From: a virus
IMG/VR virus record: IMGVR_UViG_3300018080_008188
Span: 70,082 to 134,081 of that record
Length of the DNA stretch: 64,000 nt
Reading direction: 5' to 3' (one strand)
A program made the translations under genes and the position numbers. Every line of letters starts with the position of its first letter. Within the stretch, counting starts at the first letter, position 1. Below are positions 7,225 through 17,482 of this stretch, one piece after another. The notes below the pieces were generated by a model. That model ran no database searches and was not told the DNA's origin. It worked only from the letters and a program-made list of their open reading frames with translations.

Positions 7225-9462
7225 ATGGCTGACCCAAACGATGTGCAGCAAGCCACAATAGAGCGATGGCAAAGGCTCAACCACGAGCTTGAGCAGGCGA
7301 TAAAAAACCTGGACAGGCTGAAAGGCACCACTGGCGCGTCGTCCGACGCTGTCAACCGCGCCGGACAGGAAGCTGACGCCGCCTCGGACCGTGTTAGGAA
7401 GTTTTACCAGTCGTTGAGCCACACGGAGCGCATGTTTCTGGATAGCACGGCAGCCGGGCGCAAAATGGAAAAGCAGACGCACGCACTCAATGAAAAGATA
7501 TCTGACCTGCGAAAGTCGGCATCCGGAGCTGGCATAGGTCTGAAAAACCTGGCGGGGGGCGCGCTTGGAGCGGCAGCCTCAGCCGCAATCTTCGGAACTT
7601 CCGCAAAAAGTGCGTTCAACCCCTTGGGCGACACCGCCAAGGTAATGGATCGAATGTCCGGCGCCATGCGAAAACTCGGGTTAAGCAAAAGCATGGTTGC
7701 GAGGGGTCTTGGAATGCTTGGGGCGGCACTGAAGAATGCCAACGATGTGTTTAGGCAATACCATACAACCTTGAGCGTTGCAACCGCCCTTGGGTCAAAG
7801 TTCGGAAAAAATGTGAACGCCCTTCAACCCATTACGGTGGGATTTTCCAGGTCCCTGGAAGACATGTCTGCCGCGTTCGGATTCAGCGTGCCAGAAATAA
7901 ATAGAGCCGTGGACGCTGCCAGGAATGTTCCGGGCGTGTTCGAAGAGATGACAAATGCCAGCGAATCAAGCGCAGAAGCCGGAAAAGGCCTTATGGGCGC
8001 GATGCTGGCCTTGAAGGGTGCCGGCATGCCAGCAGCGGAAGCCGGCAGGCTTCTTGATCAGAGATACCAGCAATTCGGAGAAACGGGCATCAAGGTCGTG
8101 GAACAGTTAAGCGCCATGGTGAATGTTGCGGGGAAGATGGGCGTATCCACGGAACTGGCTAGGGAACAGATCACTAGGGCTAGCGCGCCGCTGGCCATAT
8201 TTGGAAGAAAGTCTGCTGATGCGGCGGCATCCTGGAAAACATTCATGTCGGCTCTCGGGAACCAGGTTCCGATACAGGAAGTCAGCAGGATGCTGAGCGA
8301 CCTGACGGGAAGAATAGCCAGCATGTCCGTTGAGAATCGCGCTTTCCTTTCGATGGTTTCAGGAGCGGGAAGGGGCATGGGCGCTCTTGGCGGAGCGCTT
8401 CGCATGGAGCTTGAGCTTCGCAGGGAAGGGGGTCTCGAAAAAAGCATAGACATGCTGATGAAAACCATAACGCGTTTTGGCGGGGGACGCGTGGTGACCC
8501 TTGAGCAGGCCGCGAGGGACCCCGGTCTTGCAATGCAGTTCGAAGTTCAGCGCAGGATGCTCGGACAGCTTGTCGGGGTACAGGGACAGAGCGCGGCAAG
8601 GATGCTGGAGGTGCTTCAGGGGGTACAGCAGGGCGGCGTATCTCAGCTGGAGGCATCCAAATCCATTCGCAATCTGACAATGCGCGGAAGCCGCCTACAG
8701 CAGGAAAGCGTGTCGAAAGGCGACAGGTGGCAGCAAGCGACGCTTCGCACAGCGGACCTCATGGACGAGCTTGTGAAAGTTGAAAGCCATAGTGGAAAAG
8801 CCATAGAGGACATGGCTAGAGACCTCAGGCGGGATGTGCGTGGGGGGGGCACTTTTCTTACCGGCAAAAACATCAGGCGCGCAGCAGCAGGAACCGGAGA
8901 AGCTATGTCGGCATTCGCCGGCGGGCTTCCGGATCTGGCAGACAAGGCTGTGGCACTGATGTCAGATGTTGCCCGCGCCGGCAGGCAAGAGCACCGGCGC
9001 GTTGTCGGAGAGCCTGTGCGCGCGGAGCGTCCGCCAAGGCGAGTTGAGCTTGTTCCGAGAGCCACGGTGGAAGCGCCGCGCCGTCGCGATGCCGGCGGCG
9101 GCAGAACTGAACTCGTGCCAATGCCTGGGGCTGCCGGCCTTTTCACTGGTCGCCGCGAACGAAGCGCGTTTCCCATGTTTCCGGAGCGCAGGCGGATAGA
9201 TGACACAATGCGGCCGGTGGCCGCAGCTGATAGGGGAGACATTCTGGCTGGAGATGTCAGGGTGGTCGGGCGCACAGAGGAAGCAAGGCAGCGCCGCGAG
9301 TTCGCTGAAAACATGCGCGCTGCACAGCAGCGCCCCAGACCCGGAGGAGAGCCGGAGCCCATACAGATTGCGATAAACGCGACATGCGCACAATGCAAAA
9401 GCGAGCTGGAAAAGCAAATCGTTGAAGTAAGAAACAATGCCCACGGAACAGGGCGAGGCTAG
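7225..9462 (+). CDS. Tape measure protein-like
   Basis: 745 aa, Ala/Gly/Met-rich helical composition; canonical position after the chaperones. Confidence 0.7.
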   Translation: MADPNDVQQATIERWQRLNHELEQAIKNLDRLKGTTGASSDAVNRAGQEADAASDRVRKFYQSLSHTERMFLDSTAAGRKMEKQTHALNEKISDLRKSASGAGIGLKNLAGGALGAAASAAIFGTSAKSAFNPLGDTAKVMDRMSGAMRKLGLSKSMVARGLGMLGAALKNANDVFRQYHTTLSVATALGSKFGKNVNALQPITVGFSRSLEDMSAAFGFSVPEINRAVDAARNVPGVFEEMTNASESSAEAGKGLMGAMLALKGAGMPAAEAGRLLDQRYQQFGETGIKVVEQLSAMVNVAGKMGVSTELAREQITRASAPLAIFGRKSADAAASWKTFMSALGNQVPIQEVSRMLSDLTGRIASMSVENRAFLSMVSGAGRGMGALGGALRMELELRREGGLEKSIDMLMKTITRFGGGRVVTLEQAARDPGLAMQFEVQRRMLGQLVGVQGQSAARMLEVLQGVQQGGVSQLEASKSIRNLTMRGSRLQQESVSKGDRWQQATLRTADLMDELVKVESHSGKAIEDMARDLRRDVRGGGTFLTGKNIRRAAAGTGEAMSAFAGGLPDLADKAVALMSDVARAGRQEHRRVVGEPVRAERPPRRVELVPRATVEAPRRRDAGGGRTELVPMPGAAGLFTGRRERSAFPMFPERRRIDDTMRPVAAADRGDILAGDVRVVGRTEEARQRREFAENMRAAQQRPRPGGEPEPIQIAINATCAQCKSELEKQIVEVRNNAHGTGRG

Positions 9463-9474
9463 GAGGAACTTGGC

Positions 9475-10332
9475 ATGGTCGATATCCCAGTCGACGGCAG
9501 CGTTGTTGCCGATCCGGCATTTGATGCGCTGAACGATCCCAACCGCCAGTTTAGCATAGTCAGGGAGACGGATCTCGAAAAGCACCCGCTGGTACAGGAG
9601 AATCCGGACATGCCCGACGGCAGGCGCAGGCGCAACCTCATGCGCTGGAGGGTTCCCGGCAAGGGTTTTGTGGACATGTTCATCAACCCCCAGCAGCTGC
9701 AGATCCAGGAGCGCAAAGTCATCAAGCGCACAAGAACAAAAGGCGGCTATGTCGTACAGTACTGGGGCGAGGAGCTTCCTGTCCTGAACATCAGCGGCAC
9801 CACGGCGTCGGCCGGAGTGGAGGGAATCAACATCCTGCGCGGAGTGTACAGGGCGGAACAGAACGCGTTTGAGCGCATTGCGCAGAGCCTTGCGGACAGG
9901 CTAGGAACATTCACTGCCGGAGCCGCCATCAGCAGCATCAGCAGCATGATTGCCGAAGGGGTAAGCGAACGCAACCTGGCGTCGAGCATATCGGGTCTCA
10001 CGAGCGCCGCTGTCACCAGCTTTCTGGGAGCCGGGCAGTCGGCACCCCTGCATCCAACATTGGCGTCTCTAGCGGTGTCCGCCGAGCTTTTCTACCAGGG
10101 GTGGGTATACCGCGGATATTTCGAAAGCTTTTCAGTCACTGAAGGCGTAAACATAGGTCCCGGTTTGTTTGAGTATGCAATGGCATTCGTGGCAACCGAC
10201 ATGCGCGGATACCGAAGCAATTTCATGCCGTGGCACAGGCATCCTGCCGACCGGGACGAAACGGGCAAGTTCTCCAACTACCGCGCTTCCGATTCCGGAG
10301 CGGTGCCGCCCAGCTTCAGGGAAGAAGTATGA
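9475..10332 (+). CDS. Baseplate / tail-tube initiator-like protein
   Basis: MFINPQQL...RTRTKGGYVVQYWGEEL..LNISGTT...YRGYFESFSVTE pattern; follows the tape measure gene. Confidence 0.6.
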   Translation: MVDIPVDGSVVADPAFDALNDPNRQFSIVRETDLEKHPLVQENPDMPDGRRRRNLMRWRVPGKGFVDMFINPQQLQIQERKVIKRTRTKGGYVVQYWGEELPVLNISGTTASAGVEGINILRGVYRAEQNAFERIAQSLADRLGTFTAGAAISSISSMIAEGVSERNLASSISGLTSAAVTSFLGAGQSAPLHPTLASLAVSAELFYQGWVYRGYFESFSVTEGVNIGPGLFEYAMAFVATDMRGYRSNFMPWHRHPADRDETGKFSNYRASDSGAVPPSFREEV

Positions 10333-13300
10333 CCATTCTTCTGTCGACCCAGTCAGATCTGACGGACAGCCGCGGTCTTGGCGGCATCCTGTTTGAAACG
10401 GCAAGGGACATAGGCATAGACGGATTTCCGGGACCTGGGACGGTTTCAAAAGCCCGCGGCAATATCGAATCGTTCCGCAAGGACGCGGCTGAGATCTTGT
10501 CGAACGCCATAGGCGGGAGCTTGCGCGAAGCCGGAGAGCCCAGCTTCGTTCATAGCGGGAAAAAGACGGTCGTTGGAACGAATGTTCCGGCCGGAGAGGG
10601 ATACATCCCGCCGCTGGAAAGCGCGTCAAACCGTACCGTCTATAGCCAGCAGCCGGTGGCAAGCGTGCTGATCAAAAAGCGCGCTTTCTCGTCCCTGAAT
10701 CACCTGTACGATCCGGTGCTGATGGACGATTCGGAAAAATGGTTGTTCCGTGCTACGAAGCGCTTGTTCATGAACAAGTGCGCTCAGATGCGCGATTACG
10801 AAATGCTCACCAAAATCAAGAAGCTCGCTGATCTGGGGTCGGAGGCAAGAACCGCACTGCTGTCTTTCATTACGAACTTCGGGGCGCAAATCAAGGAGAT
10901 AGACTCCCAGTTCTACGGGGGAGGGACTGCCGGGGCTTCGGATGTGGAAAGGGTTTCAGGCAGATCGTATGACTCCGGATCCAACTGGTTTACTTCCGCC
11001 ATGAGACTGGAAAGGCTGGCGAGGGCGAAGGAGCCCGTGGATTTTACCACATGGTTCTTCGAGCCGGACCTTCCGGTCGTCCCGGAACTCGGTCTTGGAA
11101 GCGGAGTGTTCGAAACCGCGCTTGTCACCAGCGCAAGCACAAGCCTGTCCCTTGACGGCTCCGGAACATGCTCCCTCTCTCTGCAGAATCCATACAACAT
11201 CATGATGATCACGGAAAGCGACATCGAAGATGCGCTTCGTCAGTCTGCGCTGTCCCCGCTGACCGCCGGCATCGGCAGTGCAGCTTCCCGTGCGCTGTCG
11301 TCGGCACAGAGGTCAGACGGATTTCTGCAGGAAAGTCGCCGCAAGCGCGGCACGAGCGCCATCACTTTCACGGTGAACATCGGAGGCGGAAGCGGCGTGA
11401 AGGCCGTGATCGACGCCATCGGGTATGAGATATTCTCGCAGGACGGAGAGGACAACTTCGACACCATACCGGACGGACACGACATGACGGACAACGAGCA
11501 GGCATGGTTCAAAGACGTGTACAGAAATCTAGGAGTGTACTCGTCGTCCGTGGCGAACAACATCATAAAGGGCAATCCGGCTTCTTCCAGGAAAGGCAAA
11601 TACAAGGAGGAGATGAAATATGCAAGGCGGATGCTGAGGCGGTTCTATCTGGGCAGATATGTCATACAGCCGATGGACCAGATCAGCGTCTTCATCGACG
11701 GCGGAACAAGAAGACCTGGGGAGGGAAACTCCATCGGCGACGACGAGTCCAGCGAAAAGGCAGATTGGCGGTTCTACACCGAACTCGGCGGCGGGGCCCT
11801 GGCGGATGTTTTCGGGCTCAAAGAAGGGCACCATGTCGACGACAGGCTTCTCCTGGAAGCGTATAAGCGCAGTGGGCAGCATTTGAAGTTTCATGACTTC
11901 AAGAGGCTGGCCGTTTCCGGGGGAGGCATGCATGTGTTTGGCGGTCTGGTCATGAGCGCAGACGGATCGTTCAACGCCGAAAGCGGAACGCATACGCTCA
12001 GCATCAGCGCCGGGTCGAACATGGAATGGCTCAAGATTTCCACCTACAATAAGAAGCCATCGCTGAAGCAGACAGACGGGATCGTTTACGATCCCCTTAC
12101 GCCGTTCACATTCAAAACCGATCCGGCTTCCGGCCTGCCCATAGGACGCCCGGAGCTTACGGATGTGAACAAGGAGATCCTTGCGAAAGCCACCAGCGTG
12201 GTAACCGGCGGAGCAAATGCCGGAAAGCTCATAGCGTCCAGCAGGGCACCGGAGGAGTTCAAGGACGTTGTTGATATAGGAGGGGCGCTGGTTCCGCTCT
12301 ACGACATGCCACCAGGCTTGAAATACAAATGGAAGGAAGGCATTGTCACCACCACATACGACATGTCGACCGTGGACCCCCTGGACAAGAGCAAAACAAA
12401 CGAGCGGCAGCTGCGCAGGGACATTGGGCAGTTCGCTTCAAACATGCCGTTTCAGAATATGGATGTTGCCAACATCATATCGTCTCTCGTCACCGGATTT
12501 CCGTACAATCCGGCTACATTCCTGACGAGCGCATTCAATACCGGTACATTTTCGACGGACACCACATTCAACAGCGGTCTCGACTATTTCCACAGCACCT
12601 TGGACTACCAGAAGTCGCTCAACCTTACGCACGGAAACTGGGCACCTTTCAAAATGCTGTCCACCAACCCAGGCCAGCTTGCGCGCGCATACGAGCTGCA
12701 GCTCAGGCTTACCAAGCAGTCGTCCGAGATACAGACCTTACAGACGCAGCTGGCGGAAGTCGGCGACAGCATTCTCAACAGCGATGCTTCCAGGACATCT
12801 CCAATCGGGGACAAGAATCCCGCCAGGGGAGACCTGTTGCGCAGCCAGAAAGCCCTGAATGAGAAAAAGGCCAGCCTTGAAAGCAAACTCAGAACGGCTC
12901 TCCAGAAGTTCGACGAAGACTTTACAACGGCAAAGCAGAAGCATGATGTGCTCGGAGTCAGCATGGCAGGGAACGATGTCACATTCGATCTCCGCGGTGC
13001 CAAAGATTCCGAGGACTATGCCTTCTTGGGAGACGAACTGATATTCTTGTCGCAGCGCCGGCGCGAAAATGTCATGTTCAACAGGGACAAGAATTATCTA
13101 ATAGTTTCCGACGAGTACGACAAGGACTTTGACATACAGGCTTTCAACCTGCAGCTTTCCGGCGCGAGCTTCAACATGTGGAGAAGCAACTGGAGACCGG
13201 TGTACGAACTGTGCAGGCAGGCTGCGGAAATCATAGACTTCGAATTCTTCATAAACACCCAGGGCCATCTTGAGCTGAGACCCCCGCAGTACAACAGGAC

Positions 13301-15194
13301 GCCGGTTTCCGTGTTCACCGCCATGATGACATTTGCCAGAACAACCGGAATCAAGCTGTTTCCAGACTTTCTGGAGAAGCTGGTCCTAAGCAGGACGGAA
13401 AGCCTTTTGAGAGACATAAAGGTTCTCGAATACAAGATGCAAAGGGAGATGGCGATACTAAACGATCCTGAAAATGCTACTGCGGAAAAGCTCGGAATCA
13501 AGTGGTTTGTCAAAGACGGTGAAGATTTGCCAAAAGCAATGGCGGAGCAGGAGCCTCTGGAAGAAAAACAGAGATCAAGAATCCTTGAAACGGTAAGAAA
13601 GCTCGGGGCAGAAGCCCAGACGATAGCAAGCCAACAGTTTGGTCTATTTTCATCCCGTTCTCAGGTGAACCTGATGCGAAGCCTAAAGGACAGTCCGTTT
13701 ACTATAGCTTCGGAGGAAATGTACAACCAGGCTGTCGAGAGCCTGGTCGTGCTCACCGGCAATCCGCGCAGAATATATGGGGAGTTCGAAGATGTAAAGG
13801 TGGGTGCCGCGAAGAACGGCAAGAGCACCCCGTCGAGCGACAGAGCGGCGGCCATTGGCCGCCTTAGCTCCTTTGTAAGCCGCAGGGCCAGGCTTCTGCG
13901 GAAGCTCGACAGCCATCTTGGGCAAGCCGAGGAAATCCTAGAGGTGAACGAGGGCGGGGGAACATCCCTAATAACCGGCGGCAGATGGGGTAGGCACATG
14001 CATGGGAACGCCGGCAGGAAAAACGACTTGTTCGACAAACTGGTTGTGGATGATGCCGCCAACATACTCGGGCACATGTCCGGTCGCCGATTCGTTATAG
14101 AAGACGATGTGATAAAGGAATCGAGCTTCAAGGAGAGCCAACCGGGCTTTACGCATGTGTCCGTGCAGGGGACGGAGCCGCTCATAGGCGAGAGACTTGG
14201 CGGCGCCAGCGCAGGAGTGCCTATTTTCCTGGCAATAGGCGTGGATTTCGACATGTGGAGGCAGTACGGGTTTCGGTCGGAAAAACCCTTCGAAAAGCCG
14301 TTCCTATGGAACGCAGAGCAGCAGTGCGCTCCGTACGCAAAAATGCTTCTGTCCCGGCAGCGCAGAAACATAGTCACCGGAAACATCAAGGTGATAGGAA
14401 ACGAATTCTACCAGCTGGGAGATGTGGTGTATGTAGCGGACAGGCAGCTTCTGTACTATGTTAATAGAATTTCGCACAACTTCGTGTACGAGGGCGATTT
14501 CTCGACTTCTCTTGAGCTGAACTACGGCCATCCTCCAGGAGAGTACATTCCGACGCCGACTGACATAATGGGCAAAAGCCTGTCAAACAAATACGACAAG
14601 CAGGCATCCTACCGTACCAGGCGCTTCGGTCCCGGCATGGGACCGTCTCAGGACATGGTGCTCGGAGCGGTGCTGTTTTCCGAAAGCGGTAGCGATTCGA
14701 CCAAGCTGGACCTTTTGCGAAGCGGTTCCGGGCACGGAAGGCGCAACTACGATGTTCTTGTCCGGGCGCTTGCCACAATGCGCAGCGAAGCCGTTTCGGA
14801 CGACAAGAGCCGCAATCCGCGTCTTCTGATACTTTCGTTCGGCGACAATTCAGACAAGTCGTCGCAGGAATCGAGGATGAAAAAAGTAAGCGACTGGTTT
14901 TTGAATCCAGAATCTGGAGCGCAGGCAAGCGACATGTCTGTTCCTTCATCTGCCATGTCGGCTGGAGGAAAGTTCGGCGGTATCAAACAGCTGGATCCAG
15001 CCAAGGTGGAAATCAGAACCAAATTCGTGCCTCAGCTGCTGCCGGTAGGCCAGCTTTCGTCAACCGATCTCAACCTCCTCAGAGAGGGGTCGACAGCCAG
15101 TCCGGACGCGCACGCGCTTGATCCGACGCTGAAAAACGTAATCGAGATAAGGCTAAGAAGACCGCCGCCCGGCGGATGGACGGAGCAGGACTAG
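10329..15194 (+). CDS. Large baseplate hub-like protein (about 1621 aa)
   Basis: Start reassigned to ATG 10329 (ATGA overlap); FEFFINTQGHLELRPPQYN and GNIKVIGN...LGDVVY...YYVNRISHNF...STSLELNYG resemble hub (gp27/gpD-like) proteins, with coiled-coil insertions. Confidence 0.6.
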   Translation: MTILLSTQSDLTDSRGLGGILFETARDIGIDGFPGPGTVSKARGNIESFRKDAAEILSNAIGGSLREAGEPSFVHSGKKTVVGTNVPAGEGYIPPLESASNRTVYSQQPVASVLIKKRAFSSLNHLYDPVLMDDSEKWLFRATKRLFMNKCAQMRDYEMLTKIKKLADLGSEARTALLSFITNFGAQIKEIDSQFYGGGTAGASDVERVSGRSYDSGSNWFTSAMRLERLARAKEPVDFTTWFFEPDLPVVPELGLGSGVFETALVTSASTSLSLDGSGTCSLSLQNPYNIMMITESDIEDALRQSALSPLTAGIGSAASRALSSAQRSDGFLQESRRKRGTSAITFTVNIGGGSGVKAVIDAIGYEIFSQDGEDNFDTIPDGHDMTDNEQAWFKDVYRNLGVYSSSVANNIIKGNPASSRKGKYKEEMKYARRMLRRFYLGRYVIQPMDQISVFIDGGTRRPGEGNSIGDDESSEKADWRFYTELGGGALADVFGLKEGHHVDDRLLLEAYKRSGQHLKFHDFKRLAVSGGGMHVFGGLVMSADGSFNAESGTHTLSISAGSNMEWLKISTYNKKPSLKQTDGIVYDPLTPFTFKTDPASGLPIGRPELTDVNKEILAKATSVVTGGANAGKLIASSRAPEEFKDVVDIGGALVPLYDMPPGLKYKWKEGIVTTTYDMSTVDPLDKSKTNERQLRRDIGQFASNMPFQNMDVANIISSLVTGFPYNPATFLTSAFNTGTFSTDTTFNSGLDYFHSTLDYQKSLNLTHGNWAPFKMLSTNPGQLARAYELQLRLTKQSSEIQTLQTQLAEVGDSILNSDASRTSPIGDKNPARGDLLRSQKALNEKKASLESKLRTALQKFDEDFTTAKQKHDVLGVSMAGNDVTFDLRGAKDSEDYAFLGDELIFLSQRRRENVMFNRDKNYLIVSDEYDKDFDIQAFNLQLSGASFNMWRSNWRPVYELCRQAAEIIDFEFFINTQGHLELRPPQYNRTPVSVFTAMMTFARTTGIKLFPDFLEKLVLSRTESLLRDIKVLEYKMQREMAILNDPENATAEKLGIKWFVKDGEDLPKAMAEQEPLEEKQRSRILETVRKLGAEAQTIASQQFGLFSSRSQVNLMRSLKDSPFTIASEEMYNQAVESLVVLTGNPRRIYGEFEDVKVGAAKNGKSTPSSDRAAAIGRLSSFVSRRARLLRKLDSHLGQAEEILEVNEGGGTSLITGGRWGRHMHGNAGRKNDLFDKLVVDDAANILGHMSGRRFVIEDDVIKESSFKESQPGFTHVSVQGTEPLIGERLGGASAGVPIFLAIGVDFDMWRQYGFRSEKPFEKPFLWNAEQQCAPYAKMLLSRQRRNIVTGNIKVIGNEFYQLGDVVYVADRQLLYYVNRISHNFVYEGDFSTSLELNYGHPPGEYIPTPTDIMGKSLSNKYDKQASYRTRRFGPGMGPSQDMVLGAVLFSESGSDSTKLDLLRSGSGHGRRNYDVLVRALATMRSEAVSDDKSRNPRLLILSFGDNSDKSSQESRMKKVSDWFLNPESGAQASDMSVPSSAMSAGGKFGGIKQLDPAKVEIRTKFVPQLLPVGQLSSTDLNLLREGSTASPDAHALDPTLKNVIEIRLRRPPPGGWTEQD

Positions 15195-15197
15195 AAC

Positions 15198-17474
15198 ATG
15201 ACCTACGTATCCAACCATATCAGGTTTGCCGTCGTAAAAAGCGTAGACTACGATCGCGGCTTGATGCGAACTACATGGCTGGATAGCAACGGGGAGGACG
15301 GTCCGGATGTTCCAATTCCGCACCCGGCCCAAGGGCGCGGGGAGGGAATATTCTCCGGCATAAGGCCGGGAATGCAAATAGCCCTAGACCTTGGCTCGTA
15401 CGAAAGGTATGTGCCGACCTCCATCGTGCCCATGCGCGCCTTTACCACCTCGGACATAAGCTATGCCTCAGAAACGCGCGTCGAGGATGTGACGCCTCCG
15501 CATGTTGAAGAGGGGGAAATCTGCATACAGGGACCGGCCGGCGGCCGGCTGTATTTCAACAGGTTGGCTGATGTCACTTTGGTAAACAGGCATTACGAGG
15601 GGCTTGTTTTGGGCGGCGATGAGGACAAGGAGCACAGGTGCTCGATACAGTTCGGAGCTCCTGTCGGCTACTGCGTGTCGCAGGCTGGGCTGAAAGCCGA
15701 GGGAATCGTCAGAAGGGACCTGCGCGACGACGAATCCGATTTTGACACGGCGATAGCGGACCCGATGACGGACATCGACTTCGAGCAGATTCTGGAAGAG
15801 GTCGGCAGGGACCCGTCAAAGGCCATAGCCATGTACACGCGCCATTCCGGGGCGGACAACGAGTCGAACGCCATGTCGACCGACCAGTTCAAAAACCCGC
15901 CGTTTGTGGAAAGGCGCACGGTCATGAACGAGTTCGGAGCGGACTGGCGCATCGGCACGCAAGACGAGGAAGAGGCGCTGCTGCGGGGCGAGAAGAACAT
16001 GATTGCCGTGCGGATCGCCGACGACAGGCGCGAGCGCAGAACGAACATTCTCAGCCTTTCATATGCTTTTCCGAACGAACTGATGGAGTCAGTAGACGGA
16101 ACGCTAGTGGATTTGTTCGGAAACCTGCTGGACGCAAACAGGCATGCGCTGCCGCTGCCGAACGACAAGAACGAAAAGCAGTGGTTTGAAGCGGCAATTG
16201 AGAACGCCCAGCACACAATAGCCATACACCGCGAAATAAACAGCAGGAAAGGATGGGGGTACAGATCAGACGGCCTCAGCCCGTTCAAGCACGAGGTGAA
16301 CCCGCAGGTGCCGGGCGATTCGTCGAACAATGCGCGCGATCGAAGCAGATGGTTTTTAGATGTGGACAAAGAGGGCTTTACGAAGGTCAACATACCGGCC
16401 ACATCAGAAACGGGAGTTGTTCCGGTCCTTGCCAGGTACGAAAATTCAAGCACCGTGGTTGTCGACGAGGGCGGAGAGGCCGGAAAAAGTGGAAGGCCGA
16501 AAGACGACATTCGCGCCCTGTTCAGACCTTCGCCTGAGAAAATGGACAGGAGGGATATTTTCCTTGACCAGTTCGGTCCCGGGGGAATTACTGTTTCCGG
16601 ACAGTCTCCGGGAGGCTCAAGCAGCCCCGTTCCCAGCAATAGGCTGGCCGGGGAGAAAACCAGCTGGATTGAAAGCAAAGACGGGAGCGCAAGCTCCAGA
16701 CAAACGCTTCCGGGCATCGTCCAAGCCGGAACGGCCTTTCATGACATCACCCGGACCGCCGTCGCGCTGCTGAACGGCAGCATCAACAAGTCCTCAGACC
16801 AGGCGCTCGGTCCAGCCGCGATATTGGCAGACCCGCCCGCCGTGTTTCAGACCGTAAATCGAGCGGTTCCTGACAGGAACATTTCTGTCTTGCTGGACAA
16901 GTTTGGAAGACCTGTCAACGCACCATATGCGGGAGGAAGAAGCCTGCAGGCAAATCTTGACGGTAGCCTGGAAATGTCCGTCGGAGCCAATACGGTCGAC
17001 CGGCTGTCGCTGACAATGAACACTGCCGGAGGAGTGGCTGCCAGGATTGGCAGGGACAGGATGGGGCGCAGCATGGTAATGCAGGCAGACGGAACCATAG
17101 CGCTTGAAGTGGGCGGGTTCGATTTCGTTGGTAGCTCATCTGGCGATACGGTCGACACTAGGTTTTCGGGAGGAGGAGTGCTGCGCAAGGACAGGCTTCC
17201 GAAAGATCAGACGGTCTTCAGGTCCGGCAAGGTGGTTATCCGGGTTCGCCGAAAAAGCCTGACGCAAGACGGTCCGGACGAAAGCGCGGACGACCAGGTA
17301 ATTATAATCGACGAAAACGGCATGAGTATAGAGGTGGCGGGGCGCATGAACTTCGTATCCAAGGGCGATATGACATTCAAGACCGGATCGCGCTTCATGG
17401 TTGACGCCGAAGCGATACAGCTTTACAACGGCAACGCTGCCAGGTTTGTGATAAAGAACAACAAGAAGATCTAG
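15198..17474 (+). CDS. Baseplate central spike (gpV/gp5-like) protein
   Basis: N-terminal OB-fold-like AVVKSVDYDRG..., C-terminal beta-helix-like repeats (IIIDENGMSIEVAGRMNFVSKGDMTFKT); follows the hub. Confidence 0.6.
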   Translation: MTYVSNHIRFAVVKSVDYDRGLMRTTWLDSNGEDGPDVPIPHPAQGRGEGIFSGIRPGMQIALDLGSYERYVPTSIVPMRAFTTSDISYASETRVEDVTPPHVEEGEICIQGPAGGRLYFNRLADVTLVNRHYEGLVLGGDEDKEHRCSIQFGAPVGYCVSQAGLKAEGIVRRDLRDDESDFDTAIADPMTDIDFEQILEEVGRDPSKAIAMYTRHSGADNESNAMSTDQFKNPPFVERRTVMNEFGADWRIGTQDEEEALLRGEKNMIAVRIADDRRERRTNILSLSYAFPNELMESVDGTLVDLFGNLLDANRHALPLPNDKNEKQWFEAAIENAQHTIAIHREINSRKGWGYRSDGLSPFKHEVNPQVPGDSSNNARDRSRWFLDVDKEGFTKVNIPATSETGVVPVLARYENSSTVVVDEGGEAGKSGRPKDDIRALFRPSPEKMDRRDIFLDQFGPGGITVSGQSPGGSSSPVPSNRLAGEKTSWIESKDGSASSRQTLPGIVQAGTAFHDITRTAVALLNGSINKSSDQALGPAAILADPPAVFQTVNRAVPDRNISVLLDKFGRPVNAPYAGGRSLQANLDGSLEMSVGANTVDRLSLTMNTAGGVAARIGRDRMGRSMVMQADGTIALEVGGFDFVGSSSGDTVDTRFSGGGVLRKDRLPKDQTVFRSGKVVIRVRRKSLTQDGPDESADDQVIIIDENGMSIEVAGRMNFVSKGDMTFKTGSRFMVDAEAIQLYNGNAARFVIKNNKKI

Positions 17475-17482
17475 GAGAAGGG

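Noticed and set aside
10230-10328. Upstream extensions given by the ORF track (also at 2222, 31868, 42386, 43793, 45323, 54193, 56213, 62053)
   Set aside because: Downstream ATGs have better RBS or stop-start coupling, and most of the extensions overlap neighbouring genes or regulatory DNA.
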